DNA of 53,156 nt, taken from assembly GCA_964196025.1 (NCBI GenBank), contig CAXMRT010000098.1, forward strand, positions 1-53,156, read 5' to 3'. The notes beneath the pieces are model-generated. The model saw nothing but the letters and a program-made list of their open reading frames with translations. It did not search any database and had not been told where the DNA came from. The translations under genes and the position numbers were made by a program. Origin of the DNA: an uncultured Gemmatimonadales bacterium. Lineage in GTDB: Bacteria; Verrucomicrobiota; Kiritimatiellia; CAXMRT01. Below, one piece after another: positions 1-9,749 of this stretch; position 1 is the first letter of the stretch; every line of letters starts with the position of its first letter.

Positions 1-120
1 TCTATCAAAAGTGGGGCTTCGCAGACGATGGGCAGAGGCTCACGCTCATGCGTCGCGAAGGCAAACCGTCGTAAACGACGGTAAGGCCTACATGGCGCCT
101 TCCGCACACTCGGGTAGCGG

Positions 121-231
121 GGGCGCCTGCCCTGCGGGTCAGACGCACTACACAAGAGATGACTCCACGGGAATACTTTTTTCTAGATGTGGGTGCTTGT
201 GTAGTGCGTCTGAGCCAGCGGACAGGCGCCC
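121..231. repeat. Long imperfect inverted repeat (hairpin-capable, ~110 nt) in the >370-nt non-coding region upstream of leuC
   Basis: Perfect 17-nt arms CAGACGCACTACACAAG (140-156) and CTTGTGTAGTGCGTCTG (196-212) are nested inside 9-nt arms GGGCGCCTG (121-129) and CAGGCGCCC (223-231). ORFs in 1-376 have non-protein-like composition. Confidence 0.6.
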
Positions 232-376
232 ACTCAACCCACGTCCACCGCACCCCAAGAATCGGACCCCGTGTGGGCTGTAATCTGGCCTCCTGCATGC
301 ACTTGCACGCCTTCGTGGCCTGTGGTACATTTGGCGGCTCGCATTTAAAATCCTTATAGAAATAGAGGAAAGGGTC

Positions 377-1795
377 ATGGCAAGAGGAACTCTGTACAAC
401 AAGGTTTGGGACCACCACAAAGTCGCCACGTTACCAACAGGACAGGATCAACTTCTGATCGGACTCCACTTGATCCACGAGGTGACGAGTCCACAAGCCT
501 TTGCCATGCTCCGAGAACGCGGCTCGCAAGTCGCCTTCCCAAACCGTACCTACGCAACTCTCGACCACATCATCCCAACCGAGAACCCTGGCCGCCCGTA
601 TGCGGATGCCCAGGCGGAATTAATGGTTCAGGAAATCGAGAAAAACACCGCGGAATTTGGCGTCAAAATGTTCGATCCAAAATCAGAGCGTCAAGGCGTG
701 GTCCACATTGTCGGACCCGAACTGGGCCTGACCCTGCCAGGCATGACCATCGCCTGCGGGGATAGCCACACCAGCACACACGGTGCATTCGGCTCGCTCG
801 CCTTCGGCATCGGCACCACAGAGGTTCGCGATGTTCTCGAAACCCAAACACTGTCTTTGAGTCCGATGAAGGTCCGCAAGGTCGTTTGCACAGGAACGTT
901 GATGCCCGGCGTGTTCGCAAAAGATGTGGCGCTGAAAATCATCCAAGTGCTCGGCGTCAAGGGAGGCATCGGGTACGCCTACGAGTATGCTGGCGAAATT
1001 TTCGACTCCATGACGCTTGAAGAGCGCATGACGGTTTGCAATATGAGCATCGAAGGTGGCGCACGCATCGGCTATGTCAATCCTGACCAAACAACCTTTG
1101 ATTACATTAAAGGACGGGAATACGCGCCGTCCGACGAGCAATGGCCCGACTGCCTTGCTTACTGGAAGTCCATCCATTCCGAGGCCGACGCCGAGTATGA
1201 TGACGTGGTAGAAATCGACATGTCGGACCTCGCGCCCATGGTCACGTGGGGCATCAACCCAGGTCAGTCGCTGGATGTCAGCGAGACCCTTCCAGACCCA
1301 AGCACAATGTCCGATAGCGAAAGCGCAACCGCGTCAGAAGCCTACACGCACATGCAACTCCGCTCTGGCGATGCGATCGCTGGCACAAAAATCGATGTGG
1401 CATTTGTTGGGTCTTGCACCAACGGTCGAATCTCTGACATGCGCGAAGCAGCGAAAGTCGTCGAAGGCCGCAGTGTCGCTGAAGGCGTCAAAGCCTTTGT
1501 TGTTCCGGGTTCTCAGCAGGTGAAAAAACAGGCTGAAGAAGAAGGGCTCGACAAAATTTTCATAGCTGCGGGTGTCGAATGGCGTAACGCCGGATGTTCG
1601 ATGTGCTTAGCAATGAACCCCGACAAGTTGGTCGGCGATCAACTTTCCGCGTCATCCAGCAACCGTAACTTCATCGGGCGGCAGGGCAGCAAAACCGGGC
1701 GCACACTCTTAATGAGTCCTGCGATGGTCGCAGCCGCCATGATCACGGGCGCAGTAACAGATGTTAGAGAATTAGTTAAATCGGAGTCTGAATAA
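377..1795 (+). CDS. leuC: 3-isopropylmalate dehydratase large subunit
   Basis: 472-aa ORF with aconitase-family LeuC motifs [23 protein letters not shown] and GCSMCLAMN. An AGGAAAGGG ribosome-binding site lies upstream. The stop overlaps the leuD start by 1 nt. Confidence 0.95.
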   Translation: MARGTLYNKVWDHHKVATLPTGQDQLLIGLHLIHEVTSPQAFAMLRERGSQVAFPNRTYATLDHIIPTENPGRPYADAQAELMVQEIEKNTAEFGVKMFDPKSERQGVVHIVGPELGLTLPGMTIACGDSHTSTHGAFGSLAFGIGTTEVRDVLETQTLSLSPMKVRKVVCTGTLMPGVFAKDVALKIIQVLGVKGGIGYAYEYAGEIFDSMTLEERMTVCNMSIEGGARIGYVNPDQTTFDYIKGREYAPSDEQWPDCLAYWKSIHSEADAEYDDVVEIDMSDLAPMVTWGINPGQSLDVSETLPDPSTMSDSESATASEAYTHMQLRSGDAIAGTKIDVAFVGSCTNGRISDMREAAKVVEGRSVAEGVKAFVVPGSQQVKKQAEEEGLDKIFIAAGVEWRNAGCSMCLAMNPDKLVGDQLSASSSNRNFIGRQGSKTGRTLLMSPAMVAAAMITGAVTDVRELVKSESE

Positions 1796-2382
1796 TGAGC
1801 GAACACGCGATCACCTCTCTCAATGGTACAGCCATCCCAATCCGTGGTGATGAAATCGACACCGACCGAATCGTTCCGGCTCGCTGCCTGAAAGAAATCA
1901 CTTTCGAAAAAATGGGTGAGTTCCTGTTCGTCGATGCACGCGAAGACGATGCGCATCCTTTGAACAACGACGCCTACACGGGCGCGGCTTGTATGATTGT
2001 TGGCTGGAATTTCGGTTGCGGCTCCTCTCGAGAACACGCCCCGCAAGCGGTGAAACGTTACGGGATCACCTTCCTGATCGGAAAATCGTTCGCTGAAATT
2101 TTTGGCGGCAACTGCAAAGCTCTTGGAATGCCGGCGGTGGTCGCTGAAAACGATGTCGTCGACGCCCTCTGGGCACACGTCGAAGCCAACCCAACAACCT
2201 CGTTCAGCCTCGATTTGGGCGCCATGACCGTAAGCTATGATGATCAGACGATTCCAGTCACGATGCGTGACGAGCAACGTAACGCCTTCTTAGAAGGTAC
2301 CTGGGATGCAATGAGCCTACTCAAAGCCAATATGGACCAAGTTCGCGAAACCGCGGCTCGCTTGCCACATATGCAGGTCTAA
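1795..2382 (+). CDS. leuD: 3-isopropylmalate dehydratase small subunit
   Basis: 195-aa ORF with the GWNFGCGSSREHAPQA motif typical of LeuD. It is translationally coupled to leuC. Confidence 0.93.
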   Translation: MSEHAITSLNGTAIPIRGDEIDTDRIVPARCLKEITFEKMGEFLFVDAREDDAHPLNNDAYTGAACMIVGWNFGCGSSREHAPQAVKRYGITFLIGKSFAEIFGGNCKALGMPAVVAENDVVDALWAHVEANPTTSFSLDLGAMTVSYDDQTIPVTMRDEQRNAFLEGTWDAMSLLKANMDQVRETAARLPHMQV

Positions 2383-2466
2383 GCATGGGGCTTAGCCGCC
2401 CCGCTATTTTCCCATATTTGATGGAATTTATCCGGAGTTTCCGCTATAGCTTTTCCTATACCACGA

Positions 2467-3711
2467 ATGAATAACCCGACTCATAGACACCGCGCCACCG
2501 CGTTACTACTCTTCACCTTGCTCTCTGTCGTTGGAGGCGTTGCTCTCGCTGCCGGTGGTGCTCCTCCCTCGAACGTGGATCCCAGCGGGACGAGTTCGGA
2601 CGTCGTCCTACTGGTTCTCTACATTTTACTAGCCCTTGTTTTTTCTTTTTTGTGCTCGGTCGCAGAAGCGGTGTTGCTCAGCATCACCCCCTCGTTCATC
2701 GCTGGGCTAGATGACGCGAACCCCAAACTTGCCAAGACACTACGCAAACTTAAACAGGAGAAAGTGGATCGCTCGCTGGCGGCTATTCTTACCTTGAACA
2801 CCATCGCGCACACCGTCGGTGCAATCGGGTCAGGTGCCAAAGCCACGGCCGTTTTTGGCAGCACCTATTTCGGCGTTTTTTCCGCAATCATGACCTTAAT
2901 GATCCTCTTCCTTTCTGAAATCATCCCCAAAACACTCGGTGCCGTTTACTGGCGTAAACTTGCCGGCGCCACCGCACGCTTTATACAGATGCTGATTATT
3001 GCGCTATACCCTCTGATCCTCGTTTCCGAAAGACTGACGCAACTACTATCGCGTGGCCAACCGATCCATGCCTTCAACCGCGACGAGTTTGTTGCCCTCG
3101 CCACGATTGGTGAAAACTCTGGCCAAATCAACGAGGGCGAATCCCGCATCATTCGTAACCTCTTCACTCTTCAGTCGCTAAAGGCAGAAGACATCATGAC
3201 TCCCCGGACCGTCATGGTGACGTATCAACAAGACCTCTCCATCACCGAGGTCCTCCAAGATCAAGCGGCCTCCCCTTTCACCCGCTTCCCGATTTGGGGT
3301 GAAAACCGCGACAACATCACAGGCTTCGTTCTGAAGGATGAACTCTTCTTGGCGGAAGCCCAGGGACGCGGCTCTAGCAAGCTCGTCGATGTCAAGCGCG
3401 AGCTTACAACTGTGCCGGAAACCGTACCTCTATCCGACCTTCTTGAGTTCCTGCTCGATAACCGCGCACAACTTGCTCTCGTCGCCGACAATTACGGCGG
3501 CACGTCCGGTATCGTTACTCTCGAAGACGTGATCGAAACTCTACTCGGCATGGAAATTGTCGATGAGGCCGATCAAACCGCGGACATGCAGAGCCTCGCC
3601 CGCAAGCAATGGCGAAAACGCGCCAGCGCCCTCGGCCTAGAAGTCGACTCCAGCGAGACTATCGAGCCACACGAGCTGGCTCCATCAGAAGACAAACCCG
3701 TCGCGTCATAG
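2467..3711 (+). CDS. CNNM/DUF21 transmembrane domain + CBS-pair protein (hemolysin/CorC-family, putative divalent cation efflux)
   Basis: 414-aa ORF. The N-terminal ~200 aa hold 4 hydrophobic helices with the SEIIPKTLG motif, followed by a CBS-pair-like region (DIMTPR...). Confidence 0.8.
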   Translation: MNNPTHRHRATALLLFTLLSVVGGVALAAGGAPPSNVDPSGTSSDVVLLVLYILLALVFSFLCSVAEAVLLSITPSFIAGLDDANPKLAKTLRKLKQEKVDRSLAAILTLNTIAHTVGAIGSGAKATAVFGSTYFGVFSAIMTLMILFLSEIIPKTLGAVYWRKLAGATARFIQMLIIALYPLILVSERLTQLLSRGQPIHAFNRDEFVALATIGENSGQINEGESRIIRNLFTLQSLKAEDIMTPRTVMVTYQQDLSITEVLQDQAASPFTRFPIWGENRDNITGFVLKDELFLAEAQGRGSSKLVDVKRELTTVPETVPLSDLLEFLLDNRAQLALVADNYGGTSGIVTLEDVIETLLGMEIVDEADQTADMQSLARKQWRKRASALGLEVDSSETIEPHELAPSEDKPVAS

Positions 3712-3781
3712 GTCGGTGGGTCAACCGACTCGCTCGCACTTTGATATTTCGTCTCTGGGGGACTTAGCGTACTCTCTTCTT

Positions 3782-5236
3782 ATGAAGCACGTGCTAGCGA
3801 TTGATCAGGGAACTACGGGTACCACGACTATTTTGTTTGGTGCCGATGGAACGATCGTTCGCAAGGCCTATCGGGAGTTCACTCAGCACTACCCGCAACC
3901 CGGTTGGGTGGAGCACGACCCAATGGAAATCTGGAAGACTGTGGTCGACACGGTGACCGAACTCGTGTCGGGTGGGTCCGAAGAGATTGTCGGCATCGGT
4001 ATTACCAACCAGCGCGAAACAACCGTGGTCTGGGATGTCGAGACTGGCGAGCCCATCTATCCGGCCATCGTCTGGCAGTGTCGGCGCACAGCCCCTCTCT
4101 GCGAAGATCTGCAGCCTCATGCGGCGGCTATCACGGAAAAAACCGGGCTCCCTCTCGACGCCTATTTTAGCGGTACAAAAGTGACGTGGATTCTAGACCA
4201 CGTTCAACCGTCTAATCTGGATCGCCTCCGTTTCGGAACCATCGACACATGGCTCATCTGGAAACTAACAGGCGGCAAAACGCACGCGACTGATTTTACC
4301 AACGCCTCTCGAACGCTGCTCTACAACATCAATGATCACGCATGGGACCCCGAACTCTGTGAGTGGATTGGGGTTCCTGAGTCTCTCTTGCCAGAGGTTA
4401 AACCCTCTTTGGCAGACTACGGTCGAGCCACGACAATTCCGGCGATTGAGGCTCTTCCGATCCTCGGCGTCGCCGGAGATCAGCAAGCGGCACTTTTTGG
4501 TCAGGCCTGTTTCAGCCCCGGGCAATGCAAAAACACATACGGGACGGGGTGTTTTATGATGATGCATACGGGAGCGCAGCGCATCGCATCAAGCGAGGGC
4601 TTGTTAACAACGCTCGCGGTGAACGGTGACGGCTCTGTCTGCTACGCTCTGGAGGGATCGGTGTTTATCGCGGGCGCAGCGATCCAGTGGCTACGAGATG
4701 AGCTTCAGGTGATTCAGCACGCCGACGACACCGACGCAATGGCTCGTCAACTCGACGATAATGGAGGTGTATACTTGGTTCCTGCGTTCACCGGTCTCGG
4801 TGCGCCCTACTGGGATATGGATGCGCGCGGCACCTTGGTTGGACTCACCCGCGGCACCAACCGCAATCACATCGTTCGCGCTGCGCTGGAGTCCATGGCC
4901 TATCAAACAGCGGATGTTTTACGCACGATGGAAAAAGAACTGGGCTCACAGATCGACCAGCTTGCGGTTGATGGCGGTGCGGTTGCCAACAATTTTCTCA
5001 TGCAGTTTCAAGCGGACATCCTCGACAAAACGATTCTTAGGCCGCACCTGACCGAGTCCACTTCCGCCGGAGCCGCGATGATCGCCGGTCTGCACGCCGG
5101 CGTCTGGAGCGATTCGTCAGAGTTGGCGGCCATGAAAACCATTGAGGCAGAGTTTACGCCCGCGATGACTCACGACACCCGCGAGGCACACCTCGCTGGT
5201 TGGGCGCGGGCTGTGCGCCAAACACGCTGTGTCTAA
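3782..5236 (+). CDS. glpK: Glycerol kinase
   Basis: The ORF track starts at GTG 3716, but homology starts at MKHVLAIDQGTTGTT (ATG 3782). FGGY-family motifs include GITNQRETTVVWD and VDGGAVANNFLMQFQADIL. Confidence 0.93.
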   Translation: MKHVLAIDQGTTGTTTILFGADGTIVRKAYREFTQHYPQPGWVEHDPMEIWKTVVDTVTELVSGGSEEIVGIGITNQRETTVVWDVETGEPIYPAIVWQCRRTAPLCEDLQPHAAAITEKTGLPLDAYFSGTKVTWILDHVQPSNLDRLRFGTIDTWLIWKLTGGKTHATDFTNASRTLLYNINDHAWDPELCEWIGVPESLLPEVKPSLADYGRATTIPAIEALPILGVAGDQQAALFGQACFSPGQCKNTYGTGCFMMMHTGAQRIASSEGLLTTLAVNGDGSVCYALEGSVFIAGAAIQWLRDELQVIQHADDTDAMARQLDDNGGVYLVPAFTGLGAPYWDMDARGTLVGLTRGTNRNHIVRAALESMAYQTADVLRTMEKELGSQIDQLAVDGGAVANNFLMQFQADILDKTILRPHLTESTSAGAAMIAGLHAGVWSDSSELAAMKTIEAEFTPAMTHDTREAHLAGWARAVRQTRCV

Positions 5237-5287
5237 ACTCAGTGCTTCTGCCTTTTGGTCGGTCCGCCTCTCGGCTACACTCTCGGC

Positions 5288-6418
5288 ATGAGCATTCTTC
5301 TCGCCTTTGATTCCTTTAAAGATTCTCTTTCGAGTCTCGAAGCCGCTCGTGCGTTTGAGCGCGGTTACCGACGTGTTGATACAGAACGCTCCTTTGTTTC
5401 CGTTCCACTTTCCGATGGCGGAGAAGGCTTTATACCGGCCATGCTGCACGGCAAGGCACATCGGCTCCGAAAACTCCGCGTAACAGGCCCTCTGGGTCGG
5501 CCCATCAATTCCTCCTACGCCATGACTCAAGGCGGTGCCGTGATCGAGGCCGCCCAAGCGAACGGGATCGAACACGTGCCGTTCAACGCGCGCAATCCCA
5601 TGCGAACAACATCATATGGCGTGGGCGAATTGATATTGGACGCGCTTAACAGGGACGCAGAGCGGGTAGACATTGGTGTGGGTGGAAGCGCGACGGTAGA
5701 TGGCGGATGCGGAATGGCCCAGGCCCTAGGTCTTCGTTTTCGCGATAACTCCGGGCGCTTGATCCGTAAACGCATGAGCGGCGCGGCGCTCGCGCACATC
5801 CATCAACTCGACCTCGATGCGCTCGATAGCCGCTTGAGCACTCTACCTGTGCGTGTGTCGTGCGACGTAACGAATCCGCTATGCGGGACGCGTGGCGCGG
5901 CACGAGTGTTCGCCCCTCAAAAAGGGGCATCCGAAGAAATGGTTCTGCAACTTGAAGACGGGCTTGAAAACCTGGCGGTTGTTATCCAACGAGACCTAGG
6001 CATTAGGCTCCGAACCCGAGCACGGGGCGGCGCTGCAGGAGGCTTAAGCGCGATGCTGCACGCCTTATGCGGAGCTGAGTTGAGCAGTGGCATTGATACC
6101 GTGTTGGATGCGACGGGTTTTGATGCACGCTTAAAAACAACGCGTCTGGTGGTGACCGGTGAAGGCTGCATCGACAAACAGAGTGCGGAGGGTAAGTGCA
6201 TGAGTGGTGTTATACAGCGTGCGCATGCGGCGTCTATACCTGTCATCGCCATCGGCGGTCAGGTTCGCGAGCGCGAACTAAAAAACCTTTATCGGCTCGG
6301 GCTACATACGACCGTCTGCATGACTCCTCGACCGCTGGCTTTAGACGAGGCCCTTCGGGGAGCATCAGGCTTCATGGCAGATGCTGGGGCGCGTGTGGCC
6401 GCGATGAGGATGTTGTAA
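5288..6418 (+). CDS. Glycerate kinase
   Basis: Glycerate kinase family signature: N-terminal AFDSFKDSLSS and C-terminal VVTGEGCIDKQS. The probable start is ATG 5288 inside the 5255 ORF. Confidence 0.85.
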   Translation: MSILLAFDSFKDSLSSLEAARAFERGYRRVDTERSFVSVPLSDGGEGFIPAMLHGKAHRLRKLRVTGPLGRPINSSYAMTQGGAVIEAAQANGIEHVPFNARNPMRTTSYGVGELILDALNRDAERVDIGVGGSATVDGGCGMAQALGLRFRDNSGRLIRKRMSGAALAHIHQLDLDALDSRLSTLPVRVSCDVTNPLCGTRGAARVFAPQKGASEEMVLQLEDGLENLAVVIQRDLGIRLRTRARGGAAGGLSAMLHALCGAELSSGIDTVLDATGFDARLKTTRLVVTGEGCIDKQSAEGKCMSGVIQRAHAASIPVIAIGGQVRERELKNLYRLGLHTTVCMTPRPLALDEALRGASGFMADAGARVAAMRML

Positions 6419-6432
6419 ACACGCAGTTTCGG

Positions 6433-7491
6433 TTACGGGTCGTCAACGACCTTGGGAATCGCACGTGTCAGGGTCGTGCGGTGAGACACGGCGCGCATCA
6501 GGCCCGGCGTAAATGTGTCAAGGTGGTAGGTCACGGGGTCCTTACCGAGCTGAAATGTTTGAGAGCTACCGATCAACCTAGTCCCCTTTACCCCTTTCAA
6601 TGTCAACACATCCGTCTCGTCAAAGGTTCCTTTCCAGACGGTCCAGTTTCCTTGTGCGTCACAATCGATTTTCATAATGTCGGCGCGTCGGCTCTCAGCG
6701 TGTATCCATGACTTGAATGCAACTTTTCTCCCTTCGTTTTCATAGGTCCCCTCCGAAAGCAGCGTATAGCCCCCCGAGGTCCACCGTGTGGTAAAGGCCT
6801 GAGTCGGCGTTGTCTGATCACCCGGGGATGTTGCCATGATACCCGACCACGATCCCACGAGTTTGTCGAGAGGCTCTAGAGCGTCGCTCGCGCGTCCCTT
6901 GACTGGTAGACGGATAACGCCACTCTGATCTTCGCGTGTTCCCTTAAAGCTCTGTTCGGTGTAAACGCGTCCACGGCTAACCAGAGTGACCTGTGCCGTG
7001 TAATGATCCGCGTCTTGGAATTCTACGTGACCTGCGGCCTCTAACCGTGCCGCCTCCTGTAACGCCCGGCCTCTCCTTTCAAAAACCACCTGAGTCGGGG
7101 TCATGAATCGTGATCGAGAAACGCGAAAGGACGTGGACTCCTTGTTGCCACGCGCAACGCCGTGTACACCGAAACTCAGGCTTATGAAGCGATCCTTTTC
7201 CGGTGCGACTGTTTGTAGGCCAACGGTCTCACCAAACCCACCGCCCTCCATTTCATAACGAGAGACCGTATGAAGAAAGTGACCCCCGAGGATCCATTCT
7301 GTCGTATCTGAGGAGGTAACGGTACGACCCTTCTGGTGGCGCGAATGAGGAGTCATCTCCCCTCTCTCGCTCCAATGGCCGACGAATATATTCAGGCTCG
7401 CCAGCGCATCGCTTGCTGGCTCCATCGCCACAAGTCCCGAACTAAAAGCAGCCAACAAAAGGGCCATCCCCACGTGTAATCGGACCGTCAT
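6433..7491 (-). CDS. Secreted hypothetical protein with two tandem ~150-aa DUF1579-like repeats
   Basis: 352-aa ORF with a signal peptide (MTVRLHVGMALLLAAFSSGLVA). It shows an internal duplication: L..L..FVGHWS...W.LGG..L...YEMEG versus L..L..LVGSWS...W.SGG..L...YENEG. Confidence 0.7.
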   Translation of the reverse strand: MTVRLHVGMALLLAAFSSGLVAMEPASDALASLNIFVGHWSERGEMTPHSRHQKGRTVTSSDTTEWILGGHFLHTVSRYEMEGGGFGETVGLQTVAPEKDRFISLSFGVHGVARGNKESTSFRVSRSRFMTPTQVVFERRGRALQEAARLEAAGHVEFQDADHYTAQVTLVSRGRVYTEQSFKGTREDQSGVIRLPVKGRASDALEPLDKLVGSWSGIMATSPGDQTTPTQAFTTRWTSGGYTLLSEGTYENEGRKVAFKSWIHAESRRADIMKIDCDAQGNWTVWKGTFDETDVLTLKGVKGTRLIGSSQTFQLGKDPVTYHLDTFTPGLMRAVSHRTTLTRAIPKVVDDP

Positions 7492-7830
7492 GAGGGCTAG
7501 AGTAGCGCTTCGGAACCAGTACCGTCGACTCTTACTCGAGGCAGAAGAGTCGAGAATTTCAACAAAAACGCCATGCGCTGCGCTAAAACAGCACTATTTC
7601 GTAAAAAGGCGCCTTTTATGCCTTTAAATATCTGTGACAAGCTCACTGAAAAGCTTATCGTTATGGCTTCTTTATTAATTTGGCGGGTCACGGAGACCTG
7701 CTAACCGAATTGGTTGGCACAGTTAAGGGGAGCAAGACTCACTGACGAGTCGTAACTGTGTGAGGGTCGAGAATGAGTGTTCTCGCATCCCTTCGCACGC
7801 TCAACCAAGCCGGGACAAGAGGAGTACGTA

Positions 7831-9447
7831 ATGAGTGAAGTAGATCGTCATGGTCTTACAAGTAAAGACCGCAACATGCTGTTCTGGGGAAGTTTCCTAG
7901 CGCTAGCCGCAGCAGGTTTCGGATTCGTGTTCCGCGTCATGATTCCAGCGATGTGGGCAGAAGAATTTTCTATTCCTATGGCTGAAGTAGGGATCCTAAC
8001 AGGTGCGGCTCTTTGGCCTATCGCTGTTACGATGATCATCTTCAGTCTTCTCGTCGACAAGATCGGCTACAAGATCTCCATGTGCTGCGCATTTGCACTG
8101 CAGGGCTTATCCATTATACTAACCGTAACCGCCAGCGACTTTAGTAGCATGCTGTTTGCCTGCCTCTGCGCCGGTCTGGGCCACGGTATTGTCGAAGCCG
8201 TCATCAACCCCCTCTGCGCCTCGATGTACAGGGAAAACAAAACAAAGATGCTGAACATTCTTCACGCTGCATGGCCCGCGGGTATTGTTGGCGGTGGCGT
8301 TATTTACATGTCTTTGTTTAACAAAGAAAACGCCACATGGGGCGACACCAGCGTTGTCTTCTGGGCAATGTTCATTCCTGTCGTAGCCTACTTGGTCATG
8401 TTCCTTATGTGCAAAAAGTTCCCTGTCGACGAACGCGTTGAAGCCGGGGTCTCCATGGGTGATATGATGAAGGAATTCGGCGGATTGAGCGCTTTCCTTG
8501 CCATCACATTCCTGTTCTACGAGCTGGCCGGTCAGGCTATCTACTTCCTCGAACTCGCGGGTGATGGGGTCGACAGTTTCATGGCGAAACGCCTCCCTAT
8601 TAGTGCCGCTGTCGGCGCCTTGGGTGGTGTCGCTGTGGGAGTCATTGTGAAATCTCCTGGTAAAGTCCTGTTCTTCGTTCTCTGCCTAATCATGATCCCT
8701 CTAGCAACTGCCGAACTCGCAACAGACGCATGGATCCAGACCCTCATGAGACCAAGCCTCGGCAAACTGGCCGGTTGGGCGATCATCATGTCGGCTGCCA
8801 TCATGATGGTGCTGCGTTTCTTCGCGGGTATTCCACTGAAGTTCATGAACCCTCCCGGATTGCTCCTGTTGAGCTCCGTCTTCTCGATCTTTGGCCTGTT
8901 CGCCTTGTCGGAAGCAAGCAGCACTGGCGCAATTATTGGAGCATTCGTCCTCTACGCTGTCGGCCAAACGTTCTATTGGCCAACGGTTCTCGGCTTCGTG
9001 GCTGAGCAGTTCCCTAAGGGTGGTGCGATGACATTGAACACTGTTTCTGCGATGGGTCTGTTGACCGTGGGAATCTTCGGATTCCCATTCCTCGGCGCCG
9101 TTCAGGACAGCTACAACGCCAAGACTGTTCTGGCTGAACAGCCTGCGCTGTACGAAACTCACGGTTCAACCAAAAACTTCTTCATGTTCGATTACAACTC
9201 GATCGACACCGGCGCCGTCTATAAGGACGTGGCGCTGACTGCAGAAGACAAGGTGACACTGGAAAGCAGCCTGAAAAGCACCGGACAGAGCTCACTGAAG
9301 GTTGCGTCAGTTCTACCTGGCGTAATGGCAGTGGCATTCATCCTAATGCTCATCTACTTCCGCTCTATCGGAGGTTACAAGGCGGTTCTGCTGGATGACA
9401 AGTCCAGCACACCAGAACCGAAACCTACAGAAGACGCTGCGGGTTAA
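7831..9447 (+). CDS. MFS-type transporter (about 12 or more predicted TM helices), substrate unknown
   Basis: Hydrophobic multi-helix ORF. The preferred start is ATG 7831, preceded by AGGAG at 7819-7823. A rho-independent terminator follows. Confidence 0.75.
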   Translation: MSEVDRHGLTSKDRNMLFWGSFLALAAAGFGFVFRVMIPAMWAEEFSIPMAEVGILTGAALWPIAVTMIIFSLLVDKIGYKISMCCAFALQGLSIILTVTASDFSSMLFACLCAGLGHGIVEAVINPLCASMYRENKTKMLNILHAAWPAGIVGGGVIYMSLFNKENATWGDTSVVFWAMFIPVVAYLVMFLMCKKFPVDERVEAGVSMGDMMKEFGGLSAFLAITFLFYELAGQAIYFLELAGDGVDSFMAKRLPISAAVGALGGVAVGVIVKSPGKVLFFVLCLIMIPLATAELATDAWIQTLMRPSLGKLAGWAIIMSAAIMMVLRFFAGIPLKFMNPPGLLLLSSVFSIFGLFALSEASSTGAIIGAFVLYAVGQTFYWPTVLGFVAEQFPKGGAMTLNTVSAMGLLTVGIFGFPFLGAVQDSYNAKTVLAEQPALYETHGSTKNFFMFDYNSIDTGAVYKDVALTAEDKVTLESSLKSTGQSSLKVASVLPGVMAVAFILMLIYFRSIGGYKAVLLDDKSSTPEPKPTEDAAG

Positions 9448-9472
9448 ACCCAGCGTTCTTTCTGATGTCGAA

Positions 9473-9506
9473 AGACGTCTGCCTAACCGGCAGGCGTCTT
9501 TTTTTG
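9473..9506 (+). terminator. Rho-independent terminator downstream of the MFS transporter
   Basis: An 11-bp GC-rich stem AGACGTCTGCC / GGCAGGCGTCT with a 5-nt loop, followed by a T7 run. Confidence 0.8.
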
Positions 9507-9622
9507 TGCCTAGATCCCATGGCGGTTTGAGTTCACGAGCTCCACATTCATTATCCAACCTGCATCGTCTGATGGGGACTTTTCTGTTAGCGTCGTTCAA
9601 GTGATTACAGGCCGCAAGACCA

Positions 9623-9667
9623 CCGTCCTTGACCCAAACGATGGATGTTCCGTGTTGGATATTGAAT
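9623..9667 (+). repeat. Intergenic repeat R2, copy a
   Basis: Shares the exact 17-mer TTCCGTGTTGGATATTG, plus flanking similarity (CCGTCCTTGAC versus CCGGTCCTTGGAC), with 52958-53005. Confidence 0.65.
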
Positions 9668-9749
9668 GTTCAGCTCGTTAATTGACCCCGCTCAAGAAAG
9701 CGCTACTCTGGGTTGTAATACACCTTCCTAACGCACATAATACCCCTTC

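Noticed and set aside
1-376. Possible tmRNA, RNase P RNA, SRP RNA or T-box leader upstream of leuC
   Set aside because: The 5' GGGGCTTCG and a GCAAAC...TAA stretch superficially recall tmRNA. However, there is no T-arm/acceptor 3' end (no GGTTCGA-type loop, no complementary AAGCCCC-ACCA). I found no RNase P GAGGAAAGTCCGGGC box, no SRP GGAA/AGCAGCC motif and no T-box sequence on either strand. The region is kept only as an unclassified hairpin element.
5-429. ORFs 5-418(-), 11-283(+), 148-429(-) and 159-359(+)
   Set aside because: They overlap one another, have Arg/Pro/Cys-rich non-protein-like composition, and run into the leuC start. They are treated as non-coding.
1639-2277. 212-aa ORF antisense to leuC/leuD
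   Set aside because: It lies entirely within strongly supported leuC/leuD coding sequence on the opposite strand. This is a typical shadow ORF of a moderately GC-rich gene.
2387-2412. Possible terminator after leuD (GGGGC-TTAGCC-GCCCC then GCTATTTTCCC)
   Set aside because: The stem is only 5 bp and the T-run is short and interrupted. Too weak to annotate.
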